Source: an uncultured Desulfarculus sp.
GTDB lineage: Bacteria; Desulfobacterota; Desulfarculia; Desulfarculales; Desulfarculaceae
Direction of reading: 5' to 3'
DNA: 64,000 nt
NCBI GenBank assembly: GCA_963665125.2
Contig: CAXXUK010000001.1
Location: forward strand, 2,048,001 to 2,112,000
The position numbers and the translations under genes are program-made. The notes under the pieces were generated by a model that made no database searches, was not told the origin of the DNA, and saw only the letters and a program-made list of their open reading frames with translations. Within the stretch, counting starts at the first letter, position 1; every line of letters starts with the position of its first letter. This document shows positions 1 to 8,898 of the stretch, one piece after another.

Positions 1-869
1 GCGTCGGCACTTTCGGCTATACCGGCGGCCTGCTGGAGCGCTTCGGCCCGGACCGGATCATGGACACCCCCATCTCGGAAAACGCCATCGCCGGTTCGGC
101 CGTGGGCGCCTCTCTGATGGGCTACCGGCCCATCGCCGACATGATGTTCGCCGACTTCATGTACTGCGCGGCCGACGAGATTTTCCTCAAGGCCCCCCAG
201 TGGCGGCTGATCCAGGGCGGCCAGCAACAGCTTCCCTGCGTGTTCCTGGCCAGCATCGGCGGCTACCGCATGCTGGGCAACGAGCACAGCCAATGCCCCA
301 CTTATCTGGCCCTGCACAACCCCGGCATCAAGTGCGTTTGCCCCAGCAACCCCTACGACGCCAAGGGCCTGTTGAAAACGGCCATCCGCGACAACAACCC
401 GGTGCTTTTCCTGCACCACAAAGGCCTGCTCCCGATGAAGGGCGAAGTGCCCGAGGAAGAATACACCGTGCCCTTCGGCCAGGCCAAGATCCTGCGTGAA
501 GGCACCGACGTAACCATCGTGGCCACCTCGTTCATGACCTTCTGGGCCAATGCCGCCGCCGACATGCTGGGCGACAGCATCTCCTGCGAAGTCATCGACC
601 CGCGCACCCTGGAGCCCTTTGACCTGGAGACAGTGCTCCAGTCCCTGGAAAAGACCAACCGCCTGGTGATCATCGACGAAGACACTGAGCGCTGCGGATT
701 CGCCGCCGAGTTGGGCATGCAGATCATGGAAAAGGGCTTCGACCTCCTGGACGCCCCGGTGGAGCGCGTCTGCGCCAAGAACTACCCCATCCCCGGCGGC
801 ACCATGGAAAAATACGTGTTGCCCCAGCCGGAATGGGTCTTGGAGGCCATCCAGAAGGTCATGGCCTAG
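1..869 (+). CDS. 2-oxoacid/acetoin dehydrogenase E1 beta subunit (5' end outside window)
   Basis: Frame is open from the window start (VGTFGYTGGLLERFGPDRIM...). Contains DTPISENAIAG, MFADF, HSQ, PSNPYDAKGLL and EVIDPRTL motifs. Followed by E2 and E3. Confidence 0.92.
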   Translation, partial: VGTFGYTGGLLERFGPDRIMDTPISENAIAGSAVGASLMGYRPIADMMFADFMYCAADEIFLKAPQWRLIQGGQQQLPCVFLASIGGYRMLGNEHSQCPTYLALHNPGIKCVCPSNPYDAKGLLKTAIRDNNPVLFLHHKGLLPMKGEVPEEEYTVPFGQAKILREGTDVTIVATSFMTFWANAAADMLGDSISCEVIDPRTLEPFDLETVLQSLEKTNRLVIIDEDTERCGFAAELGMQIMEKGFDLLDAPVERVCAKNYPIPGGTMEKYVLPQPEWVLEAIQKVMA

Positions 870-904
870 GGCCAAGCGTGATCAACCGCGAAAGAGAGAG
901 CTAA

Positions 905-2176
905 ATGGCTACCGATATTGTTATACCCAAGCTTGGAATGACCATGGCCTCCGGCAAGGTGGCCGAATGGAAGGCCGCCGAGGGTGACTGGATCACCGAG
1001 GGGCAAGGAGTCCTGGTCATCGAAACGGAAAAAGTGACCCACGAGGTCGAGGCCCTGGCCGACGGCTTCTTGCATATTCTGGCCGCTCCGGGCACCGAGG
1101 CCCTGGTCAACGAGGCCGTTGGCCAGTTGGCTGAAACAGAGGAAGAGCTGGCCCAGCTTCAAGCCGCCCAGCCCGCCCCAGAGGGCATGGCCGCCGCAGC
1201 TCCGGCCGGCAAGCCCGCCGAGGCCGCAGCTCCGGCGTCGGGAGCCGTTCCGGCTGCCCCCGGCGGCCGGGTGAAAATCACCCCCGTGGCCAAAAAAATC
1301 GCCAATGAGCACGGTCTGGACTACAGCCTGGTTAGCGGCACCGGACCGGGCGGCCGCATCAAGAAGGCCGACGTGCTCAAGGCCATTGATGAGGGCGTCA
1401 GCGCCCCGGCTTCGGCTGCCGCATCTGCAGCCCCGGCCTGGGACGGCGAGGTTGTCGACGGCAAGCGGGTCAAGGCCTCCCTGCCGCTAACGGGCATCCG
1501 CGCCGCCGTGGCCCAGCACATGCAGGCCAGCCTGGCCGGTTCGGCCCAGCTCAGCGTCATGGGCGAATTCGAAGTCGACGCCCTGGTGGAGTTGCGTAAG
1601 TCCCTGGTTGCCGCCGAGGCGGCCATCGGCACCCGCATCACCTACACCGACATCCTGACCTACGTCGTGGCCCGGGCTCTGAAAAAGAACCCCATCATCA
1701 ACTCCAGCGTTGTCGACGGGGCCATCAAGATATGGGAAGACGTCAACATCGGCGTGGCCGTGAGCCTGCCGTTCCAGCAGTACGACGCCGGGCTCATCGT
1801 GCCGGTGATCCGCAATGCCGATAAAAAGTCTCTGGCCGAGATCAGCCTGGAGCTCAAGGACCTGCGCACCCGCTGCCTCGACGGAAGCATCGGCCTGGAC
1901 GAGATCATAGGCGGCACCTTCACCCTGTCCAACGTTGGCGGGTTCGGCAAGGGCTATGCCTTCAATACTCCCATCATCAACCAGCCCCAGTCGGCGATCC
2001 TGGGCACCGGCGCCATCCTGGACCGGCCCGTGGCCGAGGCGGGCGAGGTGGTGATCAGGCAGTTGATGAACTTCAGCTTCACTTTTGATCACCGGGCCAT
2101 CAACGGCGCGCCGGTGGGTATGTTCCTGGGCACCATCCAGGAGTTCATCAAGACCCCCGGTCTACTCTTGGCCTAG
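905..2176 (+). CDS. Dihydrolipoamide acyltransferase (E2), single lipoyl domain
   Basis: Lipoyl domain PKLGMTM...IETEKVT, Ala/Pro linker, E3-binding domain (GTGPGGRIKKADV), catalytic FDHRAING. Confidence 0.95.
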   Translation: MATDIVIPKLGMTMASGKVAEWKAAEGDWITEGQGVLVIETEKVTHEVEALADGFLHILAAPGTEALVNEAVGQLAETEEELAQLQAAQPAPEGMAAAAPAGKPAEAAAPASGAVPAAPGGRVKITPVAKKIANEHGLDYSLVSGTGPGGRIKKADVLKAIDEGVSAPASAAASAAPAWDGEVVDGKRVKASLPLTGIRAAVAQHMQASLAGSAQLSVMGEFEVDALVELRKSLVAAEAAIGTRITYTDILTYVVARALKKNPIINSSVVDGAIKIWEDVNIGVAVSLPFQQYDAGLIVPVIRNADKKSLAEISLELKDLRTRCLDGSIGLDEIIGGTFTLSNVGGFGKGYAFNTPIINQPQSAILGTGAILDRPVAEAGEVVIRQLMNFSFTFDHRAINGAPVGMFLGTIQEFIKTPGLLLA

Positions 2177-2196
2177 GGCCCTGGCTTTGAATACAA

Positions 2197-2223
2197 CCGC
2201 CGGGATCTTATAAAGACCGGCGG
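2197..2223 (+). other. Intergenic hairpin between E2 and E3
   Basis: CCGCCGG...CCGGCGG arms with an inner TCTT/AAGA pair. There is no U-tract, so it is more likely an mRNA stability/processing stem than a terminator. Confidence 0.35.
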
Positions 2224-2243
2224 CTGCTGAAAGAGGAATCATC

Positions 2244-3614
2244 ATGTATGACGTGTTAGTAATCGGCGGAGGCCCCGGAGGTTATGCCGCCGCCATCCGC
2301 GCAGCCCAGCTTGGCGGAAAAGTGGCCCTGTGCTCCTTTGGCGACATGGGCGGCACCTGTGTGCACAAGGGCTGCATCCCCAGCAAGGTCTGGAGCCGGG
2401 CGGCCTATCTGCTGAACCAGATCAAACAAGGCGCGACCTTCGGCCTCAACGCCACCCTGGGCGACACGAATTATCAGGCCATTGTCGAGCGCAAGAACGG
2501 TGTTGGAGCGGATATCAAGATGGGCATGGAGGCCCTGTTGGCCAACAACGGCGTCACCGTCGTGCCGGGCAAGGCCGTTTTGAAGTCGGCCACCAAGGCC
2601 GAAGTGGACGGCAAGGCCATCGAAGCCAAGGCCATCATCATGGCCACGGGATCTTCCATCGCCGTCCCGGACATCCCCGGCCTGGCCGACTCTGCCCTGA
2701 CCTCCGACGAGGTCCTGGACCTCACCGAAATGCCCGCGTCCCTGCTGGTCTGGGGCGGCGGCCCGGTGGAGGTGGAGATTGCCAGCTGGCTCAACACCTT
2801 CGGCGTTGAGGTGACCCTGGCCTGCGAAGGCCCGCGCATCCTAACCTGCGAGGACTCCGACACCAGCCAGCGTCTGGCCGGAGCCCTCAAGGAACAAGGC
2901 ATAACGATCATCACCAGGGCCCAGCTCATTGAAGTGAAGAAGACCGCCGACGGCTGCCAGGCCACCCTGGGCGGCAAACAGGAGCAGGCCATAGAGGCAA
3001 AGGCCGTGGTTATCGCTTCCCGCAAGCCCAATACCGAGGGTCTGGGTCTGGAGACCGTGGGCGTGGAACTCAGCTCAGCCGGCGGCATCCTGGTCAATCA
3101 ATATCTGGAGAGCAACGTCAAGGGCGTCTTCGCCATCGGCGACTGCACCGGCGGCCGCATGCTCAGCCACCGGGCCTCGGGCATGGCCGTTTTCGCCGCC
3201 GAGAACGCCATGGGCCAGAAAAACATCTTTGACGAGCGCCTGATCTGCCGGGGCCTGTGGACCATGCCCCAGGTGGGCTCGGTGGGCCTCACCGAGGAAG
3301 AGGCCGAGGAAATGGACTACGACGTCGAGACCGGCGACTTCCCCTACCCCATCAACGGTCTGGCCATGCTGCGGGGCGAGGTGACCGGCAACGTCAAGGT
3401 GGTCATGGACGCCAAATACGGCGAAATCCTGGGCGTGCATATCGTCGGTTCGGGCGCCACCGAGCTTATCGGCGAGGCGGCCCTGGCCATGCAGCTTGAA
3501 TGCACGGCAGAGGAAGTGGCCCGGGGAGTGCGCCTGCACCCGACGTTCTCCGAAACCATGGTGGACGCCGCCCGCGACGCCATGGGCTGGGCGTTGTACC
3601 TGCCCAAGCGGTAG
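2244..3614 (+). CDS. lpdA: Dihydrolipoamide dehydrogenase (E3), divergent
   Basis: FAD motif GGGPGG, redox disulfide GGTCVHKGCIPSK, C-terminal HPTFSE. The NAD-binding motif is atypical (GGGPVEVE). Confidence 0.9.
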   Translation: MYDVLVIGGGPGGYAAAIRAAQLGGKVALCSFGDMGGTCVHKGCIPSKVWSRAAYLLNQIKQGATFGLNATLGDTNYQAIVERKNGVGADIKMGMEALLANNGVTVVPGKAVLKSATKAEVDGKAIEAKAIIMATGSSIAVPDIPGLADSALTSDEVLDLTEMPASLLVWGGGPVEVEIASWLNTFGVEVTLACEGPRILTCEDSDTSQRLAGALKEQGITIITRAQLIEVKKTADGCQATLGGKQEQAIEAKAVVIASRKPNTEGLGLETVGVELSSAGGILVNQYLESNVKGVFAIGDCTGGRMLSHRASGMAVFAAENAMGQKNIFDERLICRGLWTMPQVGSVGLTEEEAEEMDYDVETGDFPYPINGLAMLRGEVTGNVKVVMDAKYGEILGVHIVGSGATELIGEAALAMQLECTAEEVARGVRLHPTFSETMVDAARDAMGWALYLPKR

Positions 3615-3623
3615 AATACGGAT

Positions 3624-5174
3624 ATGAGCACTGAGACCAAGCATATCAAGGTCGAGGACTGGGGCCGCATGGATTATGAGACGGCCATGCGGCGCCAGAC
3701 CGAGCTGGTGGCCCGCCGCGTCGAAGACGCCGAGCCGGACCGTCTGGTCATCGTGGAGCACCCGCCCACGGTGACCATCGGCAAGACCGGCGGGCCGGCG
3801 GACCTGTGCCTGGATCGCCAGGCCCTGGAGAGCCGCGGCGTCAGCGTAGTGGAAAGCAACCGCGGCGGCATGGCCACCTATCACGCGCCAGGCCAACTAG
3901 TGGTTTATCCGATCATCAAGCTGGTTGAACGCGACCTGCACCTCTATGTGGACATGCTTCTGGAAGCCACTGCCGGGGTCCTGCGCGGCTACGGCCTGGA
4001 ACCAAGGCGCGACAGCGGTCAGCCCGGCCTGTGGGTTGGCGGGAGCAAGATAGCCAGTCTGGGCGTGGCGGCCCATAAATGGGTCGTCAGCCACGGCGTG
4101 GCCCTCAACGTAAACAACGATATCGACGGATTTTCGCTGATCGTGCCCTGCGGCAGGCCGGGCCAGGCCGTAACCTCCATCAGCCGGGAACTGGGCCAGG
4201 AATTGCGTCTGGCCGAAGTCAAGCAGCGGTTCATCGAACAGTTCTGCAAGAGCTTCGGATTCGAGCGCCACAAGCTCACGCCTGGCGGCAAGCCCCCGTG
4301 GCTGAAAAAGACCTACCAGGGCAGCGCGGCCATCGAGGACATGGAAAGCCGCCTTAATCGGCTGCACTTGGCCACGGTGTGCCAGAGCGCCCATTGCCCC
4401 AACCTGGGCGAGTGCTTCAACCGGGGCACGGCCACCTTCATGATCATGGGCGAACGCTGCACACGCAACTGCCGCTTCTGCGCGGTGCCCCACGGCCCCA
4501 AACAGGGTCTGGACCCTGACGAGCCCATGAACCTGGCCCAGGCCGCCGCCGAGCTCAATCTGCGGCATGTGGTGGTCACCAGCGTGACCCGGGACGACCT
4601 GCCCGACGGCGGGGCGGCCCACTTCGCGGCGGTGATCGGCGCCCTGCGCCAAAAGTTGCCCCAGGCCAGCGTGGAGGTCCTGGTGCCGGATTTCCAAGGC
4701 TCCTCAGAGGCCCTGGAGACTGTCTGCCATGCCCGGCCCGATGTTTTCAATCACAACGTGGAGACCGTGCCCCGGCTGTATAAATCCGTCCGGCCCCAGG
4801 CCGATTACCGGCAGTCCCTGGGCGTGCTGTCCTTTGCCGCCGGTTGGGGGCTCACGGCCAAAAGCGGGATCATGCTGGGCCTGGGCGAGCGGGACGAAGA
4901 AATCCGCCAGGTGCTGGCCGATCTGCTGGACGCAGGATGCAGCTATCTGACACTGGGCCAGTATCTGGCTCCGTCGGACAAACATGCCCCGGTAGAGCGT
5001 TTCGTCACGCCCGAAGAGTTTGACTCCTGGGGCGAAGAAGCCCGGCGCATGGGTTTCGCCGAGGTGGCCTCCGGTCCCCTGGTGCGCAGTTCGTATCTGG
5101 CCGATCGCATGTACCGCCCCGGCAAGCCCCTGCACGGAGAAAAGTGCCATGGCCCGCAAACGCTTCATTGTTGA
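3624..5174 (+). CDS. lipB-lipA: Fused octanoyltransferase (LipB) and lipoyl synthase (LipA)
   Basis: N-half has [39 protein letters not shown] and IVPCG (LipB). C-half has [27 protein letters not shown] and PLVRSSY (LipA). Confidence 0.95.
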   Translation: MSTETKHIKVEDWGRMDYETAMRRQTELVARRVEDAEPDRLVIVEHPPTVTIGKTGGPADLCLDRQALESRGVSVVESNRGGMATYHAPGQLVVYPIIKLVERDLHLYVDMLLEATAGVLRGYGLEPRRDSGQPGLWVGGSKIASLGVAAHKWVVSHGVALNVNNDIDGFSLIVPCGRPGQAVTSISRELGQELRLAEVKQRFIEQFCKSFGFERHKLTPGGKPPWLKKTYQGSAAIEDMESRLNRLHLATVCQSAHCPNLGECFNRGTATFMIMGERCTRNCRFCAVPHGPKQGLDPDEPMNLAQAAAELNLRHVVVTSVTRDDLPDGGAAHFAAVIGALRQKLPQASVEVLVPDFQGSSEALETVCHARPDVFNHNVETVPRLYKSVRPQADYRQSLGVLSFAAGWGLTAKSGIMLGLGERDEEIRQVLADLLDAGCSYLTLGQYLAPSDKHAPVERFVTPEEFDSWGEEARRMGFAEVASGPLVRSSYLADRMYRPGKPLHGEKCHGPQTLHC

Positions 5175-5511
5175 GTTGGGCACCGGGGCCGACCTGCACG
5201 GCCGCGACGTGACCAAGGCGGCTTGCCGCGCCGTCACCGACGCGGTGAGCCACGGCTGTCTATGCGGCCTGATGGAGATCGTGGGCGTGGATAGCGCCGA
5301 CAAGATTCACGTTGATATTCTCATCGCCTGTCCTGATCCGGACAAAGTCGATCTGGAGCTGGTCAAGGCCGCCGCGCCCATCGGCGTGGTCACGGCCAGG
5401 GCCGAGGCCGGGGGCATGAGCGCCCAGGGTCTGTGCGTGCCCCAATTCGGCCCGGAAGGCGATACTATCGTGGTTGCCAACGCCGCGCTCACCGTATCGG
5501 TGGATATGTAG
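5149..5511 (+). CDS. Lin0512-family conserved protein
   Basis: ATG at 5149 after [38 protein letters not shown] and [10 protein letters not shown] resemble Lin0512-family signatures. Overlaps the lipA end. Confidence 0.8.
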   Translation: MARKRFIVELGTGADLHGRDVTKAACRAVTDAVSHGCLCGLMEIVGVDSADKIHVDILIACPDPDKVDLELVKAAAPIGVVTARAEAGGMSAQGLCVPQFGPEGDTIVVANAALTVSVDM

Positions 5512-5526
5512 ATAGAGGTTGTGCTG

Positions 5527-7248
5527 ATGATGCCGATGCCGCGCTTATTGCTGATATTCACCCTGGCCGCCATGCTGGGTTTGCCCGGCCTGGCCTTTGG
5601 CGGTTGGGTCGTCGATCATGGCCGGTTGCACGTCTCGGCCCATCGGCAGTTAACGTGCTTTGATTGCCACGAGGACATCACCGAAGTACATCCCCACCCG
5701 GACCAAGCCAATATCAACCGGTGGCGGGACCCGGTCTTCAAGTCATACAAATGCCAGATGTGCCACGACTCGCCCGAGGTTCTGGCCAAAGCGGGCAGCC
5801 ACGGCGGCAAACCTGTCACCAACGAGGGCCAACTGGCCGATTGCGTTGGCTGCCACGATCCGCACTACCTGCCTCCCAAGGGCGGCTGGCCCAAGAGCTT
5901 CGACCCGGCCAAACCCGTGAGCGGACAATGCGGAGTCTGCCACGAGCCCAAGGCCACCCTGCCCGGCATGACGGCCGAGGACGCCAAGTGCGTTTCCTGC
6001 CACCTGGGCGACCCCATGCAGACCTCCGAGTCGTCAAAGAATATTGACCGGAACATGTGTCTGCACTGCCACGCCAAGCCAACGGGCGGCATGGCCGCGG
6101 TGAACCCGTCTGCCGTGGAAGGCGGCCCCCATGCCGATCTAAATTGTCTGGGCTGTCACAGTACGGCGGCCCAATATCCCCACACCTCGCAAAAGGCCGT
6201 TGATTGTCTGGGCTGCCACCAGCGGCACCCGGCAGCCACGGCCCGGGACGCCCACATGGGCGTGGAGTGCCAGGCCTGCCACTTTGGCGGCGCTGAACCG
6301 GCGCGTCGCTGGAAAAGCAACATGGTGGGTCTGAAGGTGCCCGCCGAGGCCAAGGATTTCCACAAGCTGCAAGACCAAAGCGATGGGGCCACTTGCCTGC
6401 GCTGCCACAACCCGCAAAACCAGGTCGGCGCGTCGTCCAAGGTCTTGCCCGCCAAGGGCCTGCTGTGCATCCCCTGCCACGCCTCCACCGGCTCGGTGGC
6501 CGATTGGGTCACGGCTCCGGCATTGGCGCTGTTCCTGGCTGGCCTGGCGCTCATCGTCTCGGTGTGGCTGAGCGCGCCGAAACAGGCCGCCAAGCTGCAC
6601 CCCAAGGGCCCGGAGGCCCACGGCCCAAGCGTGGGAGACTCTATCAAGGCCGTTTTCATGGACGGCCTGTTGCAGCGCCGCCTGTACAAGGCCTCGCCGG
6701 GGCGCTGGGCCATCCACGGGCTGATCTTCTTCCCGTTCGTGGTCCGTTGCGTCTGGGGCCTGATTGCCTGGATCGGCACGGTCTGGGCCCCCGGCTGGAA
6801 TGCGGGCTGGCAAATGATCGCCTCCGACGCCCCGCTGACGGCCTTTGTCTTTGACCTCACCGGCCTGATGGTGGTCATCGGTGTGATCCTGGCCATCTGC
6901 CGCCGCATCGGCGGCCCCAGGCGCCCGGCCGGTCTACCCGGTCCGGACTACCCGGCGGTGATTCTATTGGGTCTGGCCATCATCAGCGGATTCGTGCTGG
7001 AGGCCATGCGCCTGGCCCTGCCCGGCGCTGGTCAGTCGCTCGGCGCCTTCGTGGGCACCATGCTGGCCCCGCTGCTGGAGGGCATTCCCAACCTGGCCAC
7101 CATCTATAGCCGCACCTGGTATATCCACGCCGCGATATGGGGCCTGTTTGTGGTATATCTGCCATTCAGCAGGATGAAGCACATGATCCTGACGCCCATT
7201 GCCCTGGCCCTGAATGCGGGCGGCCACGGCCACGAAAACAAGGACTGA
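5527..7248 (+). CDS. 11-heme cytochrome c fused to a NarI/nitrate-reductase-gamma-like membrane cytochrome b domain
   Basis: Signal peptide; 11 CxxCH motifs (CFDCH, CQMCH, CVGCH, CGVCH, CVSCH, CLHCH, CLGCH x2, CQACH, CLRCH, CIPCH); about 5 TM helices ending in YIH...YLPFSRMKH. Start could be 5521-5536. Confidence 0.88.
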   Translation: MMPMPRLLLIFTLAAMLGLPGLAFGGWVVDHGRLHVSAHRQLTCFDCHEDITEVHPHPDQANINRWRDPVFKSYKCQMCHDSPEVLAKAGSHGGKPVTNEGQLADCVGCHDPHYLPPKGGWPKSFDPAKPVSGQCGVCHEPKATLPGMTAEDAKCVSCHLGDPMQTSESSKNIDRNMCLHCHAKPTGGMAAVNPSAVEGGPHADLNCLGCHSTAAQYPHTSQKAVDCLGCHQRHPAATARDAHMGVECQACHFGGAEPARRWKSNMVGLKVPAEAKDFHKLQDQSDGATCLRCHNPQNQVGASSKVLPAKGLLCIPCHASTGSVADWVTAPALALFLAGLALIVSVWLSAPKQAAKLHPKGPEAHGPSVGDSIKAVFMDGLLQRRLYKASPGRWAIHGLIFFPFVVRCVWGLIAWIGTVWAPGWNAGWQMIASDAPLTAFVFDLTGLMVVIGVILAICRRIGGPRRPAGLPGPDYPAVILLGLAIISGFVLEAMRLALPGAGQSLGAFVGTMLAPLLEGIPNLATIYSRTWYIHAAIWGLFVVYLPFSRMKHMILTPIALALNAGGHGHENKD

Positions 7249-7270
7249 AACCTCGTTACTGGGAGATGAC

Positions 7271-7687
7271 ATGGATATTCAAGGCTACAACATCCCCGAA
7301 GACCTTTATTACGACAAGGAACACTACTGGGTCCGCCAGGAAGGCGACGTGCTGGTCATGGGCATGACCGATTTCGCCCAAAAGCTGGCCGGCGAGATCG
7401 TCTACGTGCAGCTTCCCTTTGAGGGCAAATCCCTGACCCAGGGCAAGAAGTTCGCCAAGGTCGAAAGCGGCAAATGGGTGGGCAAGATTTTCGCCCCTGT
7501 GGACGGCGAGTTAACCGAATCCAACGAAGCCCTGGAAGACAGCCCCGGCCTGGTCAACACCGACCCTTACGGCGCGGGCTGGATGTACAAGATCAAGCCC
7601 GAAAGCATGGGCGACATCGAGAGCCTGATCCACGGCGCGGCGGCCATCGAGGCATGGATGAACGACGAGATCGCAAAGCACAAGTAA
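7271..7687 (+). CDS. GcvH-like lipoyl-carrier protein (LbpA-like)
   Basis: RBS GGGAG then ATG at 7271. GcvH-fold motifs (YYDKEHYW, GMTDFAQKLAG, APVDG, VNTDPYGAGW). Lipoyl Lys lies in ESGKWVG rather than the canonical ESVKA. Confidence 0.88.
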   Translation: MDIQGYNIPEDLYYDKEHYWVRQEGDVLVMGMTDFAQKLAGEIVYVQLPFEGKSLTQGKKFAKVESGKWVGKIFAPVDGELTESNEALEDSPGLVNTDPYGAGWMYKIKPESMGDIESLIHGAAAIEAWMNDEIAKHK

Positions 7688-7699
7688 CGAGGACTTGAA

Positions 7700-8896
7700 G
7701 TGGCCATTAGCAATTACACTGCCCGCCAAATGCTGGAAGTCGATGCCTGCACGGGCTGCGGCCTGTGCGTGGATGTCTGCCCGGCCGTGGAGGCCTCGGG
7801 CGACGGCCGTCTCTCGGGCCAGCACCGCCTGCACAGCCTGGGCAAGCTCAACAGGCAGCGGGCCGGCTGGCTGCGCCGCCTGCTGGCGGGCAAGGCCCCC
7901 ACGGCCGATGAGCTGAAAGAATTCGGCGACACGGTCTTCGCCTGCACCCTGTGCGGACGCTGCCAGGAAGTCTGTCCGGCGGGACTGCACCTCAAGGACC
8001 TGTGGACGGCGCTGCGGGCCGACATGGTGCAAGAGAAGGCCGGACCGGCCAAGATCCGCATGATCCGGGACAACCTGCTGGGCAGCCGCAATGTTTTTGA
8101 CGAAGACAACGAGGAGCGGGCCGAGTGGGTCGAGGACATGCGGCGCCCCCCCAAGGACGGCTATATCCGCGACCGGGCCGAGGTGGTCTATTTCACCGGC
8201 TGCGTGGCGGCCTATTTCCCCATGGCCCAGAAGATCCCCATGGCCCTGGCCCAGATCTGCGACGCCAATGGCATTGATTTCACGCTCATGGGCGAGGATG
8301 AATGGTGCTGCGGCTTCCCGCTCATCGGCGCGGGCCTGTCCAACCTGGCCGGGGAGTTTATCGAACACAATATAGAAGCGGTCAGAGAACGCGGGGCCAA
8401 GAAGGTCGTGTTCGCCTGCCCGTCGTGCTACCAGATGTGGCGGGAGCACTACCCCCACGAATTCCAGATGCAGCACGCCAGCCAGTTCATGCGCGACCTG
8501 CTGGCCCAAAATCCCATCAAGGCCGCGCCCCTGGACCTGACCGTGACCTTCCATGACCCCTGCGACCTGGGCCGGGCGGCCAGGGAATTCGAAGCACCCC
8601 GCCGGGTCATCGCCTCTCTGCCGGGGGTCAAGCTGGTGGAGATGGCCAATAGCCGCGAAAACTGCAAGTGCTGCGGCGGCGGCGGCAATCTGGAGATGAT
8701 CGATGCGGGCCTGTCGGCAGACATCACCGCGGCCAAGATCGCCGAGGTCATGGAGACCGGAGCCCAGGCCGTGATCACATCCTGCCAGCAGTGCGTGCGG
8801 ACCATGACCGGTCACGTGCGTAAAAACAAGCTCCCCCTGGAGGTCATGGACCTGACCGAACTGGTCCTGCGGGCCATGACCAACAAGGCGGAGTAA
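7700..8896 (+). CDS. HdrD/GlcF-like Fe-S oxidoreductase (2x[4Fe-4S] plus 2 CCG domains)
   Basis: CTGCGLCVDVCP and CTLCGRCQEVCP; CCG domains YFTGC..WCCG..ACPSC and FHDPC..CCGGGG..SCQQC. Confidence 0.9.
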   Translation: MAISNYTARQMLEVDACTGCGLCVDVCPAVEASGDGRLSGQHRLHSLGKLNRQRAGWLRRLLAGKAPTADELKEFGDTVFACTLCGRCQEVCPAGLHLKDLWTALRADMVQEKAGPAKIRMIRDNLLGSRNVFDEDNEERAEWVEDMRRPPKDGYIRDRAEVVYFTGCVAAYFPMAQKIPMALAQICDANGIDFTLMGEDEWCCGFPLIGAGLSNLAGEFIEHNIEAVRERGAKKVVFACPSCYQMWREHYPHEFQMQHASQFMRDLLAQNPIKAAPLDLTVTFHDPCDLGRAAREFEAPRRVIASLPGVKLVEMANSRENCKCCGGGGNLEMIDAGLSADITAAKIAEVMETGAQAVITSCQQCVRTMTGHVRKNKLPLEVMDLTELVLRAMTNKAE

Positions 8897-8898
8897 TC

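Noticed and set aside
5172..5174. Selenocysteine read-through at the lipA TGA after a Cys codon
   Set aside because: LipA is already complete (RSSY motif) and the stop lies within the next gene's coding start; no SECIS evident.
7271..7687. Canonical glycine cleavage system
   Set aside because: No gcvT/gcvP in the window and the lipoylation motif is non-canonical.
7511..8815. 434-aa - strand ORF
   Set aside because: Antisense shadow of the HdrD-like gene.
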